From: Planctomycetota bacterium | Lineage (GTDB): Bacteria; Planctomycetota; UBA1135; UBA2386 | DNA: 64,000 nt | Reading direction: 5' to 3' | Assembly: GCA_965223545.1 (NCBI GenBank) | Contig: OZ245006.1 | Coordinates: forward strand, 3,840,001 to 3,904,000 | Shown: piece by piece, positions 10,458-21,261 of the stretch | How positions within the stretch are numbered: the stretch's first letter is position 1 | Layout: each line of letters starts with the position of its first letter | Made by a program: the position numbers and the translations under genes | Notes under the pieces: model-generated | Seen by the model: only the letters and a program-made list of their open reading frames with translations | Told to the model about the DNA's origin: nothing | Database searches by the model: none

Positions 10458-11851
10458 ACGCACACCCATCGATCCAGGCACTCGCCCTCGCGGCGGCGTG
10501 CCTCTCCGCGCACCCCGCCGACGCCGCGCAACAGCCCACACCGGCACCGCCGGCCGAGTTCTTCGCCGGGCGGCGCGCGGCCCTCGTCGAGCTCATCCGC
10601 CCGGGCATCCAGCCGGGCGAGCGGCACTGGGTCGTCGTGCGCGGGGCGACCTCCGCCGCCGACATGGCGCAGTTCTACCAGGACCACAACTTCTACTACC
10701 TCACCGGCGTTCGGGAGCCGGATGCCGCCCTGGTGATCAACGTCGAGACCGGTGACGAAGAGCTGCTGGTGCCGCCGTTCAGCCGGTTCACCGCGCAATG
10801 GGAGGGGCAGCGGCTCGCCCCCGGCGAGGCGGCGGCGAAGAAGACCGGCTTTGCCGCGGTCGGCAACAGCCGCGGGCTGCACCGGCGGCTGGAGGCCGCG
10901 CTGGGCGGCGACGGTGGTGGCAAGGCCGTGCTGTGGACATTCACGACGCCGCAACCCAACCGCACCGCGACGTCGGCGTCCGCGGCCCGCGCGGCGAGCG
11001 CCAGCAGGGGCGACCGGTTCGATGGGCGCGGCGCGCGCGCCGAGGCCTGGGCCGCGGCCCTGCGCAAGCAGTACCCGGACGCCGAGATTCGCGATGTGAT
11101 GCCGATGATGGGCACACTGCGCGGCGTGAAGCAGCCGGAAGAAGTCGCCCTGGTGCGCGCGGCTTCGGCGCTGGCGGCGCGCGGCATCGCCGCGGCGATG
11201 CGCGCGGCGGCACCGGGCGCATACGAATTCCAGCTGGCGGCCGCGGCGCGCTACGAGTTCTCTCGGCACGGCGCCGGACCGGACGCGTACGCGGCCATCG
11301 TCGGCGCCGCCGGAAACGGCTGCGTGCTGCACTACAGCGCCAACACCAAGCAGCTCGAAGACGGCGACCTGATCGTCATGGACTACGGCCCGACCGTGCA
11401 CGGCTATTGCTCCGACGTGACGCGCACGTTCCCGGCGAGCGGTGTCTACACCGACGCGCAGCGCAAGCTCGTCGAGGACGTACACGCGGTTCAGCAGGCG
11501 TTGTTCGCCAAGATCCGGCCCGGCGCACGTCTCTCGGAGCTCTCCCAGCTGTGCGCGCAGCTGCTCGCCGAGCGCGGTTACCGTTCGTTCCACGGCCCGT
11601 GCCACCACGTCGGTCTCGCCGTGCACGACCTGGGCAGTGACGAACTGCGCGAGGGCATGATCATCACGGTCGAGCCCGGTGCCTATCTGCCCGACGAACG
11701 CATGGGCTGCCGCATCGAGGACACGATCCTGATCACCGCCGATGGCTACGAAAACCTCTCGGCGGACGTGCCCTCGACGCCCGATGCGATCGAGGCGCTG
11801 ATGCGCAGTGTCGAAATCCGCGAGACTTCCGCCGGCCAAACCGGCCGCTGA
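10454..11851 (+). CDS. Xaa-Pro aminopeptidase (M24B), secreted
   Basis: GTG start with a signal peptide; NFYYLTG, LHY, DYG..GYCSDVTRT, HHVGLAVHD, TVEPG and RIED motifs. Confidence 0.9.
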   Translation: MNAHPSIQALALAAACLSAHPADAAQQPTPAPPAEFFAGRRAALVELIRPGIQPGERHWVVVRGATSAADMAQFYQDHNFYYLTGVREPDAALVINVETGDEELLVPPFSRFTAQWEGQRLAPGEAAAKKTGFAAVGNSRGLHRRLEAALGGDGGGKAVLWTFTTPQPNRTATSASAARAASASRGDRFDGRGARAEAWAAALRKQYPDAEIRDVMPMMGTLRGVKQPEEVALVRAASALAARGIAAAMRAAAPGAYEFQLAAAARYEFSRHGAGPDAYAAIVGAAGNGCVLHYSANTKQLEDGDLIVMDYGPTVHGYCSDVTRTFPASGVYTDAQRKLVEDVHAVQQALFAKIRPGARLSELSQLCAQLLAERGYRSFHGPCHHVGLAVHDLGSDELREGMIITVEPGAYLPDERMGCRIEDTILITADGYENLSADVPSTPDAIEALMRSVEIRETSAGQTGR

Positions 11852-11856
11852 GCCTC

Positions 11857-11945
11857 AAAAAAAGCCCGGCGGAGGCCGCTTCGCGCTAGCTCCGCTGAGA
11901 CCGGAGACGCCGCGCGCACGCCGCACAGAGTCTCAGGACGGGGAC
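11857..11945 (-). terminator. Structured element ending in U7 (terminator or 3' end of a candidate sRNA)
   Basis: A7 at 11857-11863 on +; stems GCGGAG/CTCCGC and CTGAGAC/GTCTCAG closed by CCCG/CGGG. Confidence 0.5.
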
Positions 11946-12210
11946 TCAGATTCGCCGCAGACCAGCCGAGAATGGGTGGAGCGCCGGCCGCGGAGCGGTC
12001 TGGCGCCGAGAGACACACCTCGGCCGCGGCGAGTCATGATTCGCCGACTTCGATCCTTTGCCTGCAGCACTCGCCGCGGCCGAATCTTTCTCTCGCAGGG
12101 GACCGGGGGCGGGTGCCACCGGATCGGCGGCGGGGGGAGAGAAGTGAAGAATCGGAGCCTGGCTCCGTACGTTCGTTTGTTTCTCGGGGGGGCGTCGATA
12201 TCGTCCCGCC

Positions 12211-13312
12211 ATGGGTCTGGACGACCACCGCGAGTTCCTCAAGCACTGCGAGACCCGTGTGCGTCAGCTCAAGGTGAGTCTTTGACTTCGAGCACCGCCT
12301 GCGCGAGCTGCACGACATCGACCATCGGATGAGCCAGCCCGGCTTCTGGGATAGCCCGGAGGCCGCGCAGGAGTTCGTCGAGCAGAAGAAGCGCTGCGCC
12401 AACGTGGTCGAGCCGATCCAGCAGGTCGACCGGTTGCTGGAGGACGGCGAGGTCTTGCTCGAGCTCGGCGCGGACGATCCGGCGGCGGTGGAGGGCGACC
12501 TCGGCGCGACCCGCGGCAAGCTGGAGCAGGTCCTGGACCGCCTCGAGTTCCAGCTGATGCTCGGCGGGGAGCACGACGAGAAGAACGCGCTCGTCACCCT
12601 GCAGGCCGGCGCCGGTGGCGTCGACGCGTCGGACTGGACCGAGATGCTGCTGCGGATGTACGACAAGTGGAGCCGCGACCAGGACTTCGAAGTCGAGATC
12701 CAGGACATGCAGCAGGCCGAGGAGGCGGGCCTGCGCAGCGTCACGTTCGCGGTGCGCGGCGCCTACGCCTACGGGCGGCTGCGCGCCGAGCAGGGCGTGC
12801 ACCGCCTGGTGCGCATCTCGCCCTTCGACGGCAATGCCCGCCGGCAGACCTCGTTCGCCTCGGTCGAGGTCGTGCCCGAGCTCGACGACGACATCGAGAT
12901 CGAGCTGGTCGACAAGGACCTGCGCATCGACACCTACCGGGCCAGCGGCGCCGGCGGCCAGCACGTCAACAAGACCGATTCCGCGGTGCGCATCACGCAC
13001 TTGCCGACCGGCATCGTCGTGCAGTGCCAGAACGAGCGCAGCCAGCACAAGAACAAGGCGCAGGCGTTCAAGACGCTGCGCAGCAAGCTCTACCAAGTCG
13101 AAGAGGCCAAGCGCCGCGACGAGCTGGCGCAGTTCTACGGCGATCGGGGCTCGATCAGCTGGGGCAACCAGATCCGCAGCTACGTGCTGCAGCCGTATCA
13201 GATGGTCAAGGACCTCCGCACCGGAGTCGAGACCTCGAACGTCGACGGCGTGCTCGACGGCGACCTCGACCGGTTCATCGAGGGCTATCTCAAGCAGGAC
13301 AAGCGATCATGA
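12211..13312 (+). CDS. prfB: Peptide chain release factor 2 with a programmed +1 frameshift
   Basis: ATG 12211 reads to CTT-TGA-C at 12280-12286; the +1 frame continues into the ORF with SPF and GGQ motifs; internal SD-like AGGTG 3 nt upstream of CTT. Confidence 0.96.
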
Positions 13313-14886
13313 AGCGGCGTGCTCTGATCTCGGTGACCGACAAGACCGGGGTTGCCGACTTCGCGCGCGAGCTGGTGCAGCTCGGTTTTTCGATCCTGTC
13401 GACCGGCGGTACCGCGCGGGCGCTGCGCGACGCCGGGGTCACCGTCGAGGACGTCGCCGCCTACACCGGATTTCCGGAGATCTTCGGCGGCCGGGTGAAG
13501 ACCCTGCACCCGGCGGTGCACGGCGGCATCCTGGCGCCGCGCGGCGACCGCGATGCCGCCGCGGTCATGGCCGAGCACGGCATCGACCCGATCGACGTGG
13601 TCGCCGTCAACCTCTACCGCTTCGAGGAAGCCGCGGCGCGCGACGGCGCCGGCGACGACGAAGTCATCGAGGCGATCGACATCGGCGGACCGTGCATGAT
13701 CCGCGCCGCCGCCAAGAACCACGCGCACGTCGCCGTGGTGACCCGCCCGGACGACTACGGCGCTTTGTTGGCCGCGCTGCGCGTGGGCGACGACGCCGCG
13801 CTGGCCGCCCTGCGCCGGCGGCTGGCGGCGCGTGCCTTCGCGCACACGGCGCGCTACGACACCGCGGTCGCCTCCTGGTTCGCGAACGCCGACACCGGCG
13901 ACGCGACCGAGCCACCGCCGACGCTGGCAGTGTTCGCCGACCGCAAGCAGACGCTGCGCTACGGGGAGAACCCGCATCAACAGGCCGCGTTCTACGCGGC
14001 GGCGGGGTCGCCGGCGCCCAACCTCGCCACCGCGCGCCAGCTCGGCGGCAAGGAGCTGTCCTACAACAACCTCGTCGATCTCGATGCGGCCCTCGCGCTG
14101 GTCGTCGAGTTCGAGCAGCCGGCGTGTGCGATCATCAAGCACACCAACCCGTGCGGCACGGCGATCGCCGACAGCCCCAGCCGGGCGTTCGAGTCCGCCC
14201 TGGCGGCCGATCCGCTGAGCGCGTTCGGCGGCATCGTCGCCCTCAACCGCCGGCTGGACGCAGCACTGGCGCGCGCGATCCTGGCGCGCGACACCTTCGT
14301 CGAAGCGATCATCGCGCCGCACATCGACGAGGACGCGGCCGCGGCTCTGGCCACAGGTCGCGGGGGCAAGAGTCTGCGTTTGCTGTCGCTCGACGGCGAG
14401 CCCGCCGCGCCGGCCGGGCTCACGCTGCGCGAAGTGCGCGGCGGAATCCTGGCGCAAACCCCCGATGCCGCGGGCAGCGCCGGCAACGAGCTGCGCGCCG
14501 TGACCCGGCGCGCGCCGAGCGACGACGAGAGCGCGGCCCTGGCCTTCGCCTGGCGAGTGGCCAAGCACGTCAAGAGCAATGCCATCGTGCTGGCTCACAG
14601 CGCGGGTGACGGAGCCTTCGCCACGGTCGGCGTCGGCGCCGGCCAAATGAGCCGCGTGGACTCGGTGGAGATCGCGGTGCGGAAAGCGGGCGACCGCGCA
14701 GCCGGCGCGGTGATGGCATCCGACGCGTTCTTTCCGTTCGCCGACGGCGTCGAGAAGGCCGCCGCCGCCGGCGTGCGCGCCGCGGTCCAGCCCGGCGGCA
14801 GCCGCAACGACGACCAGGTGATCGCCGCCGCCGACGCGGCCGGCATGGCGATGGTCTTCACCGGCGCGCGCCACTTCCGTCACTGA
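13309..14886 (+). CDS. purH: Bifunctional AICAR transformylase/IMP cyclohydrolase
   Basis: [50 protein letters not shown]. Confidence 0.98.
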   Translation: MKRRALISVTDKTGVADFARELVQLGFSILSTGGTARALRDAGVTVEDVAAYTGFPEIFGGRVKTLHPAVHGGILAPRGDRDAAAVMAEHGIDPIDVVAVNLYRFEEAAARDGAGDDEVIEAIDIGGPCMIRAAAKNHAHVAVVTRPDDYGALLAALRVGDDAALAALRRRLAARAFAHTARYDTAVASWFANADTGDATEPPPTLAVFADRKQTLRYGENPHQQAAFYAAAGSPAPNLATARQLGGKELSYNNLVDLDAALALVVEFEQPACAIIKHTNPCGTAIADSPSRAFESALAADPLSAFGGIVALNRRLDAALARAILARDTFVEAIIAPHIDEDAAAALATGRGGKSLRLLSLDGEPAAPAGLTLREVRGGILAQTPDAAGSAGNELRAVTRRAPSDDESAALAFAWRVAKHVKSNAIVLAHSAGDGAFATVGVGAGQMSRVDSVEIAVRKAGDRAAGAVMASDAFFPFADGVEKAAAAGVRAAVQPGGSRNDDQVIAAADAAGMAMVFTGARHFRH

Positions 14887-14890
14887 GTCC

Positions 14891-15247
14891 ATGCAAGTCG
14901 ACGACGGCGTCCAACGTGTGCTCGAAGGCGAGCCCGTCGATGTCCTCGCCCGCGCCTACCGGCACGGCTTGCTGGCGGCGTTCGGCCTCGATCCACGCGA
15001 GGCCGCGGCCGAGACCTTCGCCCGTGAGACCCGCTTGTTCGTCAACAACGTCTGCCGCGAGCTCGGCGACCGCCACTCGGGCGACCAGCGGGCACTCGTC
15101 GCGCTGCGCGACTGGGCGCCGCGCTGCCGCGACTACGAGCCGTGGGACGCGCTGCTCACGCACTTCGAGTTCGACGGCAAGGACACCTTGGTGCGCCGCG
15201 GACGCGTGCTGTTTCCCGGGCCCATGACTTCGCACTGGGACGGATGA
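14891..15247 (+). CDS. Hypothetical protein
   Basis: 118-aa ORF packed between purH and yggS, with its stop overlapping the yggS start. Confidence 0.65.
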   Translation: MQVDDGVQRVLEGEPVDVLARAYRHGLLAAFGLDPREAAAETFARETRLFVNNVCRELGDRHSGDQRALVALRDWAPRCRDYEPWDALLTHFEFDGKDTLVRRGRVLFPGPMTSHWDG

Positions 15248-15933
15248 ACATCGCCGCGCGGCTCGAGGCGGTGCGCGCCGAGATCGCCGCCGCCTGCGCG
15301 CGCCACGGGCGTGACCCCGAAGCGGTGACCCTGTTGGCGGTCAGCAAGACCAGACCGGCCGCATCGGTGCGCGCGGCGCTCGCCGCCGGTCAGCGCGCCT
15401 TCGGCGAAAACCGCGTGCAAGAGCTCGTCGCCAAGGCGGCCGAACTCAGAGACCCGAGTCTCGAGTGGCACATGATCGGCTCACTGCAGACCAACAAGGT
15501 GCGCGACGTGCTCCGCGTCTCGGGCCTGACGCTGCTGCACAGCCTCGATCGCATCAAGCTCGCCGACCATCTCCAACAGGAGTGCGCCATCGCGGATCGT
15601 GACCTGCGCGTGCTCGTGCAGCTCAACGCCTCCGGCGAGAACGAAAAGCACGGAGTCGCACCGGAGAACGCGCGCGCGCTGGCGCGCCACGTCGCCGCGC
15701 ACTGCCCGCGGCTCCAGGTGTGCGGCGTGATGGCCATGGGGCCGCGCAGCGGCGCACCGGACGCCGCGTTCGCGCTCGCGAGCAGAACTCTGGAGCAGCT
15801 GCGCGACGACCTCGGCCGATCGATGCCGACGTTGAGTCTGGGGATGACGCACGACCTCGACGCCGCCATCGCCGCGGGCTCCACCATGGTGCGCGTCGGC
15901 ACTGGCGTGTTCGGCCAGCGCGATCCGGCCTAG
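15244..15933 (+). CDS. yggS: PLP homeostasis protein (YggS family)
   Basis: LLAVSKT, FGENRVQE, WHMIGSLQTNK, LSLGMT, GSTMVRVGT. Confidence 0.95.
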   Translation: MNIAARLEAVRAEIAAACARHGRDPEAVTLLAVSKTRPAASVRAALAAGQRAFGENRVQELVAKAAELRDPSLEWHMIGSLQTNKVRDVLRVSGLTLLHSLDRIKLADHLQQECAIADRDLRVLVQLNASGENEKHGVAPENARALARHVAAHCPRLQVCGVMAMGPRSGAPDAAFALASRTLEQLRDDLGRSMPTLSLGMTHDLDAAIAAGSTMVRVGTGVFGQRDPA

Positions 15934-16075
15934 TCGGCGATCTGCGGCAAAGCGCGTGACGAACGCGCGCCGCTCGCACCCTCGGCAGCGCCGCGCAGCC
16001 AATCGGAGTTGGCGAACCATCGCGGCCCGCGCCGTCATCTCCGACGTCGCAGTTCGTCACCCTTGGAGGAACCCT

Positions 16076-17884
16076 GTGTCGCTTTCTCTCTTCTCCCCTG
16101 CCCAGCGGCTGATCCCCAGCCTTGCCGCAGCTCTATCATTGTCGCTGTCGATGACCGCCATGCCCGCGCAGACCACCGTGACCGTAGGCGGTGGCGGAAG
16201 CGCAAGCCCCGGAGGGAGCCATGGCACCATCGATCCCGATCTCCTGCCCTGTGGATGGCGGCGCAGCGTTCGGTTCTACGTCGACGGCGCTGTCGGCAGC
16301 AACACCAACAACGGCAGCATCGCCAGTCCCTTTGCCAGCATCGGCTACGCCTTGGCGCAGGCTCAGCTGGTCTGGGACAGCGCGACCAACGCGAGATCAC
16401 CCGTAGTGATCGAGGTCGCCCCGGGTCTGTACGCCGAGAGCCTCGTGGTGCCAGCCAGAGGACTCAAGCTGCAAGCAGGCGAGCCCGGGGTCATCATCGA
16501 TGCGACCTCGACCGGCGCGCAGCAGGTCGTGCTGGTCAATCGACCCGGACCACGGGTCGCTGCGTGCGGCTACATGCCGCCGACCGAGTTGCGCGACCTC
16601 ACGCTGCGCGGCGCCGAGCGCTTTGGTATCTGGATGGAGCCGAGCTCGACCGCGCAGGGCCCGCTGCCCGAGCCTGAACGAGTGGAGGTCGTCGGCTGCA
16701 CCGTCACCGGCAATGCCGAAGGAGGGATCTGGATCCGCACCATCGATCCCTGGCGGTGCGAACACTTGATCGAAGCCAACACCATCGTGGGCAACTTCAC
16801 GACCGGCGCCGCCAGCTACGGAGTGCGCATCACGGCTTCGGGGGTCGACTCGACGGTCGTCCGGAGGAACGACATCGTGATGCACGAAAAGGGCATCGAG
16901 ATCGGTGGCAGCGGCTCGAACCGAGTGCGGCCGCGCGTGATGTCCAACTTCATCCGGCACTTCGAAAGGGGAGTCGAGGCGGTCGGGTCGGGGCCTTGGA
17001 TCGTCAACAACACCATCGCCTGGCCGCAGCCGTTCTCCGATCCGCAGTTCCTGGTGAACTTCATCGGCGTCAACCTCTCATCCCTTCAGGACACGACCGT
17101 CGCCAACAACATCATCTGGATCCCCGATCTGGACAAGATCGACGGCATCGACATGGTCCCAGAGGTTCAGAGCCCTTCGATCCTCAACAACGATTTCGAG
17201 GACGACGACAACCCTAACGTCTGGGTCTTGGGCAACGTCAACATCCCGCCACCGTTCGTCTCGCCGACCGACCTGCACCTGTTGCCGTTCACACCGGCGA
17301 GCCCAATCGAGCTGTACGACGGCGGTAGCCGCCCGAGCATTCTCGACCCCTTGCCGCTGACCGTCGACGGGATCGACGTGCCGGCCGACCAAGGGCGCGA
17401 CATCGACGGGGACGTGCGCTCGGTCGACAACTCCGGCACGACAGTGTTTCCGTTCGTCGGCATGGGGGCGGACGAGGCCGCCGTCGTCGGTCTCACCTAC
17501 ACCGACACCGCCGCGGTCGACGTGCTGGGCAACGTCTCGCTGTCCGCCGGCGCACCGCCGCTCAACCTCCGCGTCACCGGGCCAACCGGTGCCACGGTGA
17601 ACTGGTACGCCTGGATGCCGAGTGTCAGCACCTCCAACGACCCGGACTGGTTCAACCGCTACGACTTCATGGGCGCAGGCGGACACTACTTGTTGCCGCT
17701 CGCCGCTCCCTCCGTCTCGCTGTTCGCCACGACGACCATCTCGGGAGGTGTCAGCGTGCCGCCGGTGGACCCGGCACTCCCCATGGTGCTCGAAGCCGAG
17801 CTCTACGTTCAGGCATTCGTGCGCGACGTGGCCGGCGGCGAGGCCCGCTGGACCAATCGACTGCGCTTCGAAATGAACCAGTGA
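16076..17884 (+). CDS. Secreted right-handed beta-helix protein (DUF1565-like) with the shared C-terminal module
   Basis: GGAGG RBS then GTG; signal peptide; YVDGAVGSNTNNGSIASPFASI, IEVAPGLY, parallel-helix N-rich repeats, DIDGDVR...MGADE. Confidence 0.75.
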   Translation: MSLSLFSPAQRLIPSLAAALSLSLSMTAMPAQTTVTVGGGGSASPGGSHGTIDPDLLPCGWRRSVRFYVDGAVGSNTNNGSIASPFASIGYALAQAQLVWDSATNARSPVVIEVAPGLYAESLVVPARGLKLQAGEPGVIIDATSTGAQQVVLVNRPGPRVAACGYMPPTELRDLTLRGAERFGIWMEPSSTAQGPLPEPERVEVVGCTVTGNAEGGIWIRTIDPWRCEHLIEANTIVGNFTTGAASYGVRITASGVDSTVVRRNDIVMHEKGIEIGGSGSNRVRPRVMSNFIRHFERGVEAVGSGPWIVNNTIAWPQPFSDPQFLVNFIGVNLSSLQDTTVANNIIWIPDLDKIDGIDMVPEVQSPSILNNDFEDDDNPNVWVLGNVNIPPPFVSPTDLHLLPFTPASPIELYDGGSRPSILDPLPLTVDGIDVPADQGRDIDGDVRSVDNSGTTVFPFVGMGADEAAVVGLTYTDTAAVDVLGNVSLSAGAPPLNLRVTGPTGATVNWYAWMPSVSTSNDPDWFNRYDFMGAGGHYLLPLAAPSVSLFATTTISGGVSVPPVDPALPMVLEAELYVQAFVRDVAGGEARWTNRLRFEMNQ

Positions 17885-17901
17885 ACGACCGCGGTGCCGG
17901 C

Positions 17902-18442
17902 TCAAGCGTCGTCGACCAGCGCGACGAGCTTCTGCACCGTGTTCCAGTTGCGCCACGTCGACGTCGTGCCCAGCGTCCGGTCGAGGTAGTCGACGGTCAG
18001 CTTGCTGCGCGCCGACCCCCGGGGGAACGCCAGATAGGCCTCGGCGCCGCGGACGGTGACGACGTCGGGCGGCGAACGTTCGGGATCGAGCGCGGCGACC
18101 AGGCTCCGGTCCGGAGTCGCCGCCAAGAACCCGACGTGCAGGTACTTCGCGTCGGCAACCAGAGCCGCGTGCGGATGCGACCGCGCGATGCGTGACAGCT
18201 GGCGCGCGGATCGCGTGATCATCACGGGCGCAAACCCGAACAACTCGCTCGATCGCCGCGCGAACCGATCCAGTGATCGACTGCCGCCGCGCATCGGGGG
18301 CCGAGAAGATCACATTGCCGCTCTGGATGAACGTGCGCACATCCGTCGCGCCCGCCGCCTCGAACATGGTTGACAGATCGCGCATCGGCAGGCGGTGCTT
18401 GCCGCCGACGTTGATGCCGCGGAGCAGAGCGACACTGCGCAT
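17902..18442 (-). pseudogene. DUF1697 family protein split by a frameshift
   Basis: MRSVALLRGINVGG...TFIQSGNVIF in one frame and ...STWRNWNTVQKL in another; junction near 18247. Could be an assembly error. Confidence 0.8.
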
Positions 18443-18452
18443 GATGGTCTGA

Positions 18453-19523
18453 TCAGAACCGATAGAGGTTGTCGGCCACGTCGAACTGCAAGTGCTCGTG
18501 CGGCCGCCCGCCGTGCAGCGCCTCCTTGAAGAACGCCTTGAGGCGCCGATTCTCGGCCACCGGCTCGCCGAGGAAGTAGCTGTGTGAGCGCCCGACGCCG
18601 CGCGCATCAGTGCAGTCGACGTAGATGGCGCGGTCCGCGTCGAGCCCGCGCCGATAGTGTCCCAGGCGCGCGCCCTGCGCTTCGCCGAACTTCAGGCGCG
18701 ACGCTTGCAGCGCATAGTCGTCGGCGTTGATGGTGACGTAGATCTGTCCGCGGCACTCGATCTGGTCGACCCACTCGTGGTGGTTCTCGTTGTTGGTATC
18801 TGCGGCCGCCAGGACGACATTGTCGAACACGAGCTCGCGACTCTCGAAGATCGGCGACTGCAGGGCGTTCTTGAACAGGTAGTTGCCCATGCTGTGGAAC
18901 AGCGCGCTGACCCGAAACGGGCACTCTTCTTCGCTGCGTCGCGCGACGAACCGGTCGCGCTCGATCGGCGAATGCGGGTGGGCAACCATCGCTTCGGCGT
19001 GCAAGAGGTCCCTGATCTCGAGGTTGAACTCCTGCAGGTAGTGATGCATCTTGCCGATCACTCGGTCGAGCGCTCCGACGGACAACCGGGCGACCTTCTT
19101 GTCGCGCCGGTAGCTCAAGGTGCCGGCGGCGCCACCGCCCCTGGCCGGCCAGCTGAACGCGACCACTTCGGCGCGGTACGCCCGCTCGAGCGCCCAACCC
19201 TGCTCGAGGACGTCGTCGATGTCGTTGTTGAAGCCGTGCACGTAGAGGATCGCGTGCCGGCGAGTCCGCGCCCGGCGCAGGCGCTGCCGGATGCGCTCGG
19301 CGACATAGCGGCTGGCGAACACTTCGCCCTCGTCGTCGATGCCCACTTCGGCTTTCAGCTCGTCGTCCAGCACGTCCGGCAGCACGCGCACCTTCCAGCG
19401 GCCCCTGGCGCGGCCGATTTCCGCCATGCGCAACTCGTGGGGCCCCTTGCGGTTGAAGCCGGCGCCGAACGCGGCGGACGTGCGACTGTTCTCCAACAGA
19501 TCTCGGTTGGTGACGACGAACAC
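18453..19523 (-). CDS. Alpha/beta hydrolase (DUF900-like)
   Basis: AGGAGG RBS then GTG; FVVTNR, YVHGFN, FSWP, nucleophile HSMGN, LAAAD, HSYF. Confidence 0.85.
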   Translation of the reverse strand: MFVVTNRDLLENSRTSAAFGAGFNRKGPHELRMAEIGRARGRWKVRVLPDVLDDELKAEVGIDDEGEVFASRYVAERIRQRLRRARTRRHAILYVHGFNNDIDDVLEQGWALERAYRAEVVAFSWPARGGGAAGTLSYRRDKKVARLSVGALDRVIGKMHHYLQEFNLEIRDLLHAEAMVAHPHSPIERDRFVARRSEEECPFRVSALFHSMGNYLFKNALQSPIFESRELVFDNVVLAAADTNNENHHEWVDQIECRGQIYVTINADDYALQASRLKFGEAQGARLGHYRRGLDADRAIYVDCTDARGVGRSHSYFLGEPVAENRRLKAFFKEALHGGRPHEHLQFDVADNLYRF

Positions 19524-19744
19524 GGATACCTCCTGACGACGATGGGACGGGCAGTCTGCGCCAGGCGCAACGCCGGAGTCGCCGCTCGCCCGCCGCCAAA
19601 TTGTCCGTAGACGCCAGGCTGCGGAAAGGATGGTCCGGCATAATGCTCGCCCCTCTCGCCTTCCGGCCCGCCATCGGCAACCCGGCGCGCCGGCCCTCCG
19701 TACGCATGCCTCGGGGCGCCGCAAGCCGCCCCCCGACACTTCCC

Positions 19745-21256
19745 ATGGTCGCAACGATCTCACGCTCCGCCAAGCCGTCGTGCCTGGTCACCCTCCTCGC
19801 CTGCGCCCTTCCCGCGGCAACCGTCCAGCAAGCCGATCTCGAAGTCACCCCAGTCGAACAACGGGTCCAGGAGCAACCCACCGGGGAAGCGCTCCCCGCG
19901 GCCCTGGAAGCCGAGCGCTCCCGCTTCATCGACGACGTGCTGCTGCTGGCCCAACAAGCTCGTGAAGCGACCTACCACTCGGCGGCGCGCGCCTTGTTCG
20001 AGTACGTCTGCTCACTGGAGCCAGACAACGCCACCGCCAACAAGGGGCTCGGGCGGCGCAAGCGCAAGGGCGAGTGGCAGCCGGGCCGCGAGCGGCCAGC
20101 GGAAGACGCCGTCGATGCCACAGCGATCGAGGCCCACGACACTGCCCGGGCCGCGCTGGTCGAGCGCGCCATCGAGCACATCGCGTCGATCTTCGAGCCT
20201 CTGCCGCGCACTCCCACGATGCTCGAGCGCGAGCGACAGGCCCTGACGTTCCTCACCGGCTTCGAGCCAGATCACGAGGCCCTTCGGCAGCGCATTGGCG
20301 AAGTGCGCGACGCCGACAGCGGCCGCTGGGTGCTCGAAGAAGTGCCGATCGCCCGCCGCAACATCGCCGCCAACTACGACGTGCTCGCCGAGGTCCGCGC
20401 GGGGTTGCCCTCGACTTCGCCGGGCGAGCCCGACGACGACGCCGCGGCGACCAGCGTGACCTTCGCCACGGTGCTGCAGTCCGAAGCCCTGCACGTCGCC
20501 ACGACGCTGGCCGGCAGCGAGGCACAATCGCTGCACGACACGATCGTCACCGCGCAGCGATATCTCGCGCGCTTCTTCGACAGCGAGCCGGAGTACGTGT
20601 GCCCTGACAAGGTCGTCTCGCTGTCGGACGCGCTGTTCAAGCACGCATTCTTCGCCGAGCACCCCGCGGTCGATCCGGAGACTCTCGACGACAACTTGGC
20701 GTTGAACGGAGCCTGGATCGGGCAGCAGCTGGTCGTCAGCGGGCCGACCGAGACCGAGCGTCTCGACATGGCATCGTTTCTGACCACCACTGGCCAGATG
20801 CTGATCATCTTCGGCCGAGAAGACGACACCGGCTGGATCCGCCAAAGCCTGACCAGCTACCTGTCGGCCGCGGTCTGCGGAACGCACCTGTCGTTCTTGG
20901 TGACGCGCGATCAGTACGGCCAATCCGGCCGCCCTTGGCCGGCACGCGTACCCACCACACGCTCCGGGTGGCTCGAGGCGGCACGCCCATTCCTCGGCGA
21001 GGATCAGCCGTTCGGCAACTTCGTGCGCGCGCTCGGTGTACCCACGCGCGGCATGGGCTGGGAAGAGGTCGCCGTCGGCTACGCCCTCTCGGTCTATCTG
21101 TGCGAAGCCCGCCGCACCGAGCTCTTCGAGATCTTGCGCCGCTTCGAGAAAGGCGACGAGAAGATGGGTGTGCTGGAGGAGGTGCTACAGATCCCGCTGC
21201 CGGCACTGCGGACACGTCTGGCCCGCTGGATCGACGAGCTCGACGCCGACGACTGA
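19745..21256 (+). CDS. Secreted hypothetical protein
   Basis: Signal-like N-terminus; two LEPDN/FEPDH...LG/IG...GxW motifs; coding-like codon pattern. Confidence 0.7.
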   Translation: MVATISRSAKPSCLVTLLACALPAATVQQADLEVTPVEQRVQEQPTGEALPAALEAERSRFIDDVLLLAQQAREATYHSAARALFEYVCSLEPDNATANKGLGRRKRKGEWQPGRERPAEDAVDATAIEAHDTARAALVERAIEHIASIFEPLPRTPTMLERERQALTFLTGFEPDHEALRQRIGEVRDADSGRWVLEEVPIARRNIAANYDVLAEVRAGLPSTSPGEPDDDAAATSVTFATVLQSEALHVATTLAGSEAQSLHDTIVTAQRYLARFFDSEPEYVCPDKVVSLSDALFKHAFFAEHPAVDPETLDDNLALNGAWIGQQLVVSGPTETERLDMASFLTTTGQMLIIFGREDDTGWIRQSLTSYLSAAVCGTHLSFLVTRDQYGQSGRPWPARVPTTRSGWLEAARPFLGEDQPFGNFVRALGVPTRGMGWEEVAVGYALSVYLCEARRTELFEILRRFEKGDEKMGVLEEVLQIPLPALRTRLARWIDELDADD

Positions 21257-21261
21257 TCGGG

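Noticed and set aside
12040..12070. TTCGATCC resembling a tRNA T-loop
   Set aside because: No cloverleaf, acceptor stem or D-arm can be built around it.
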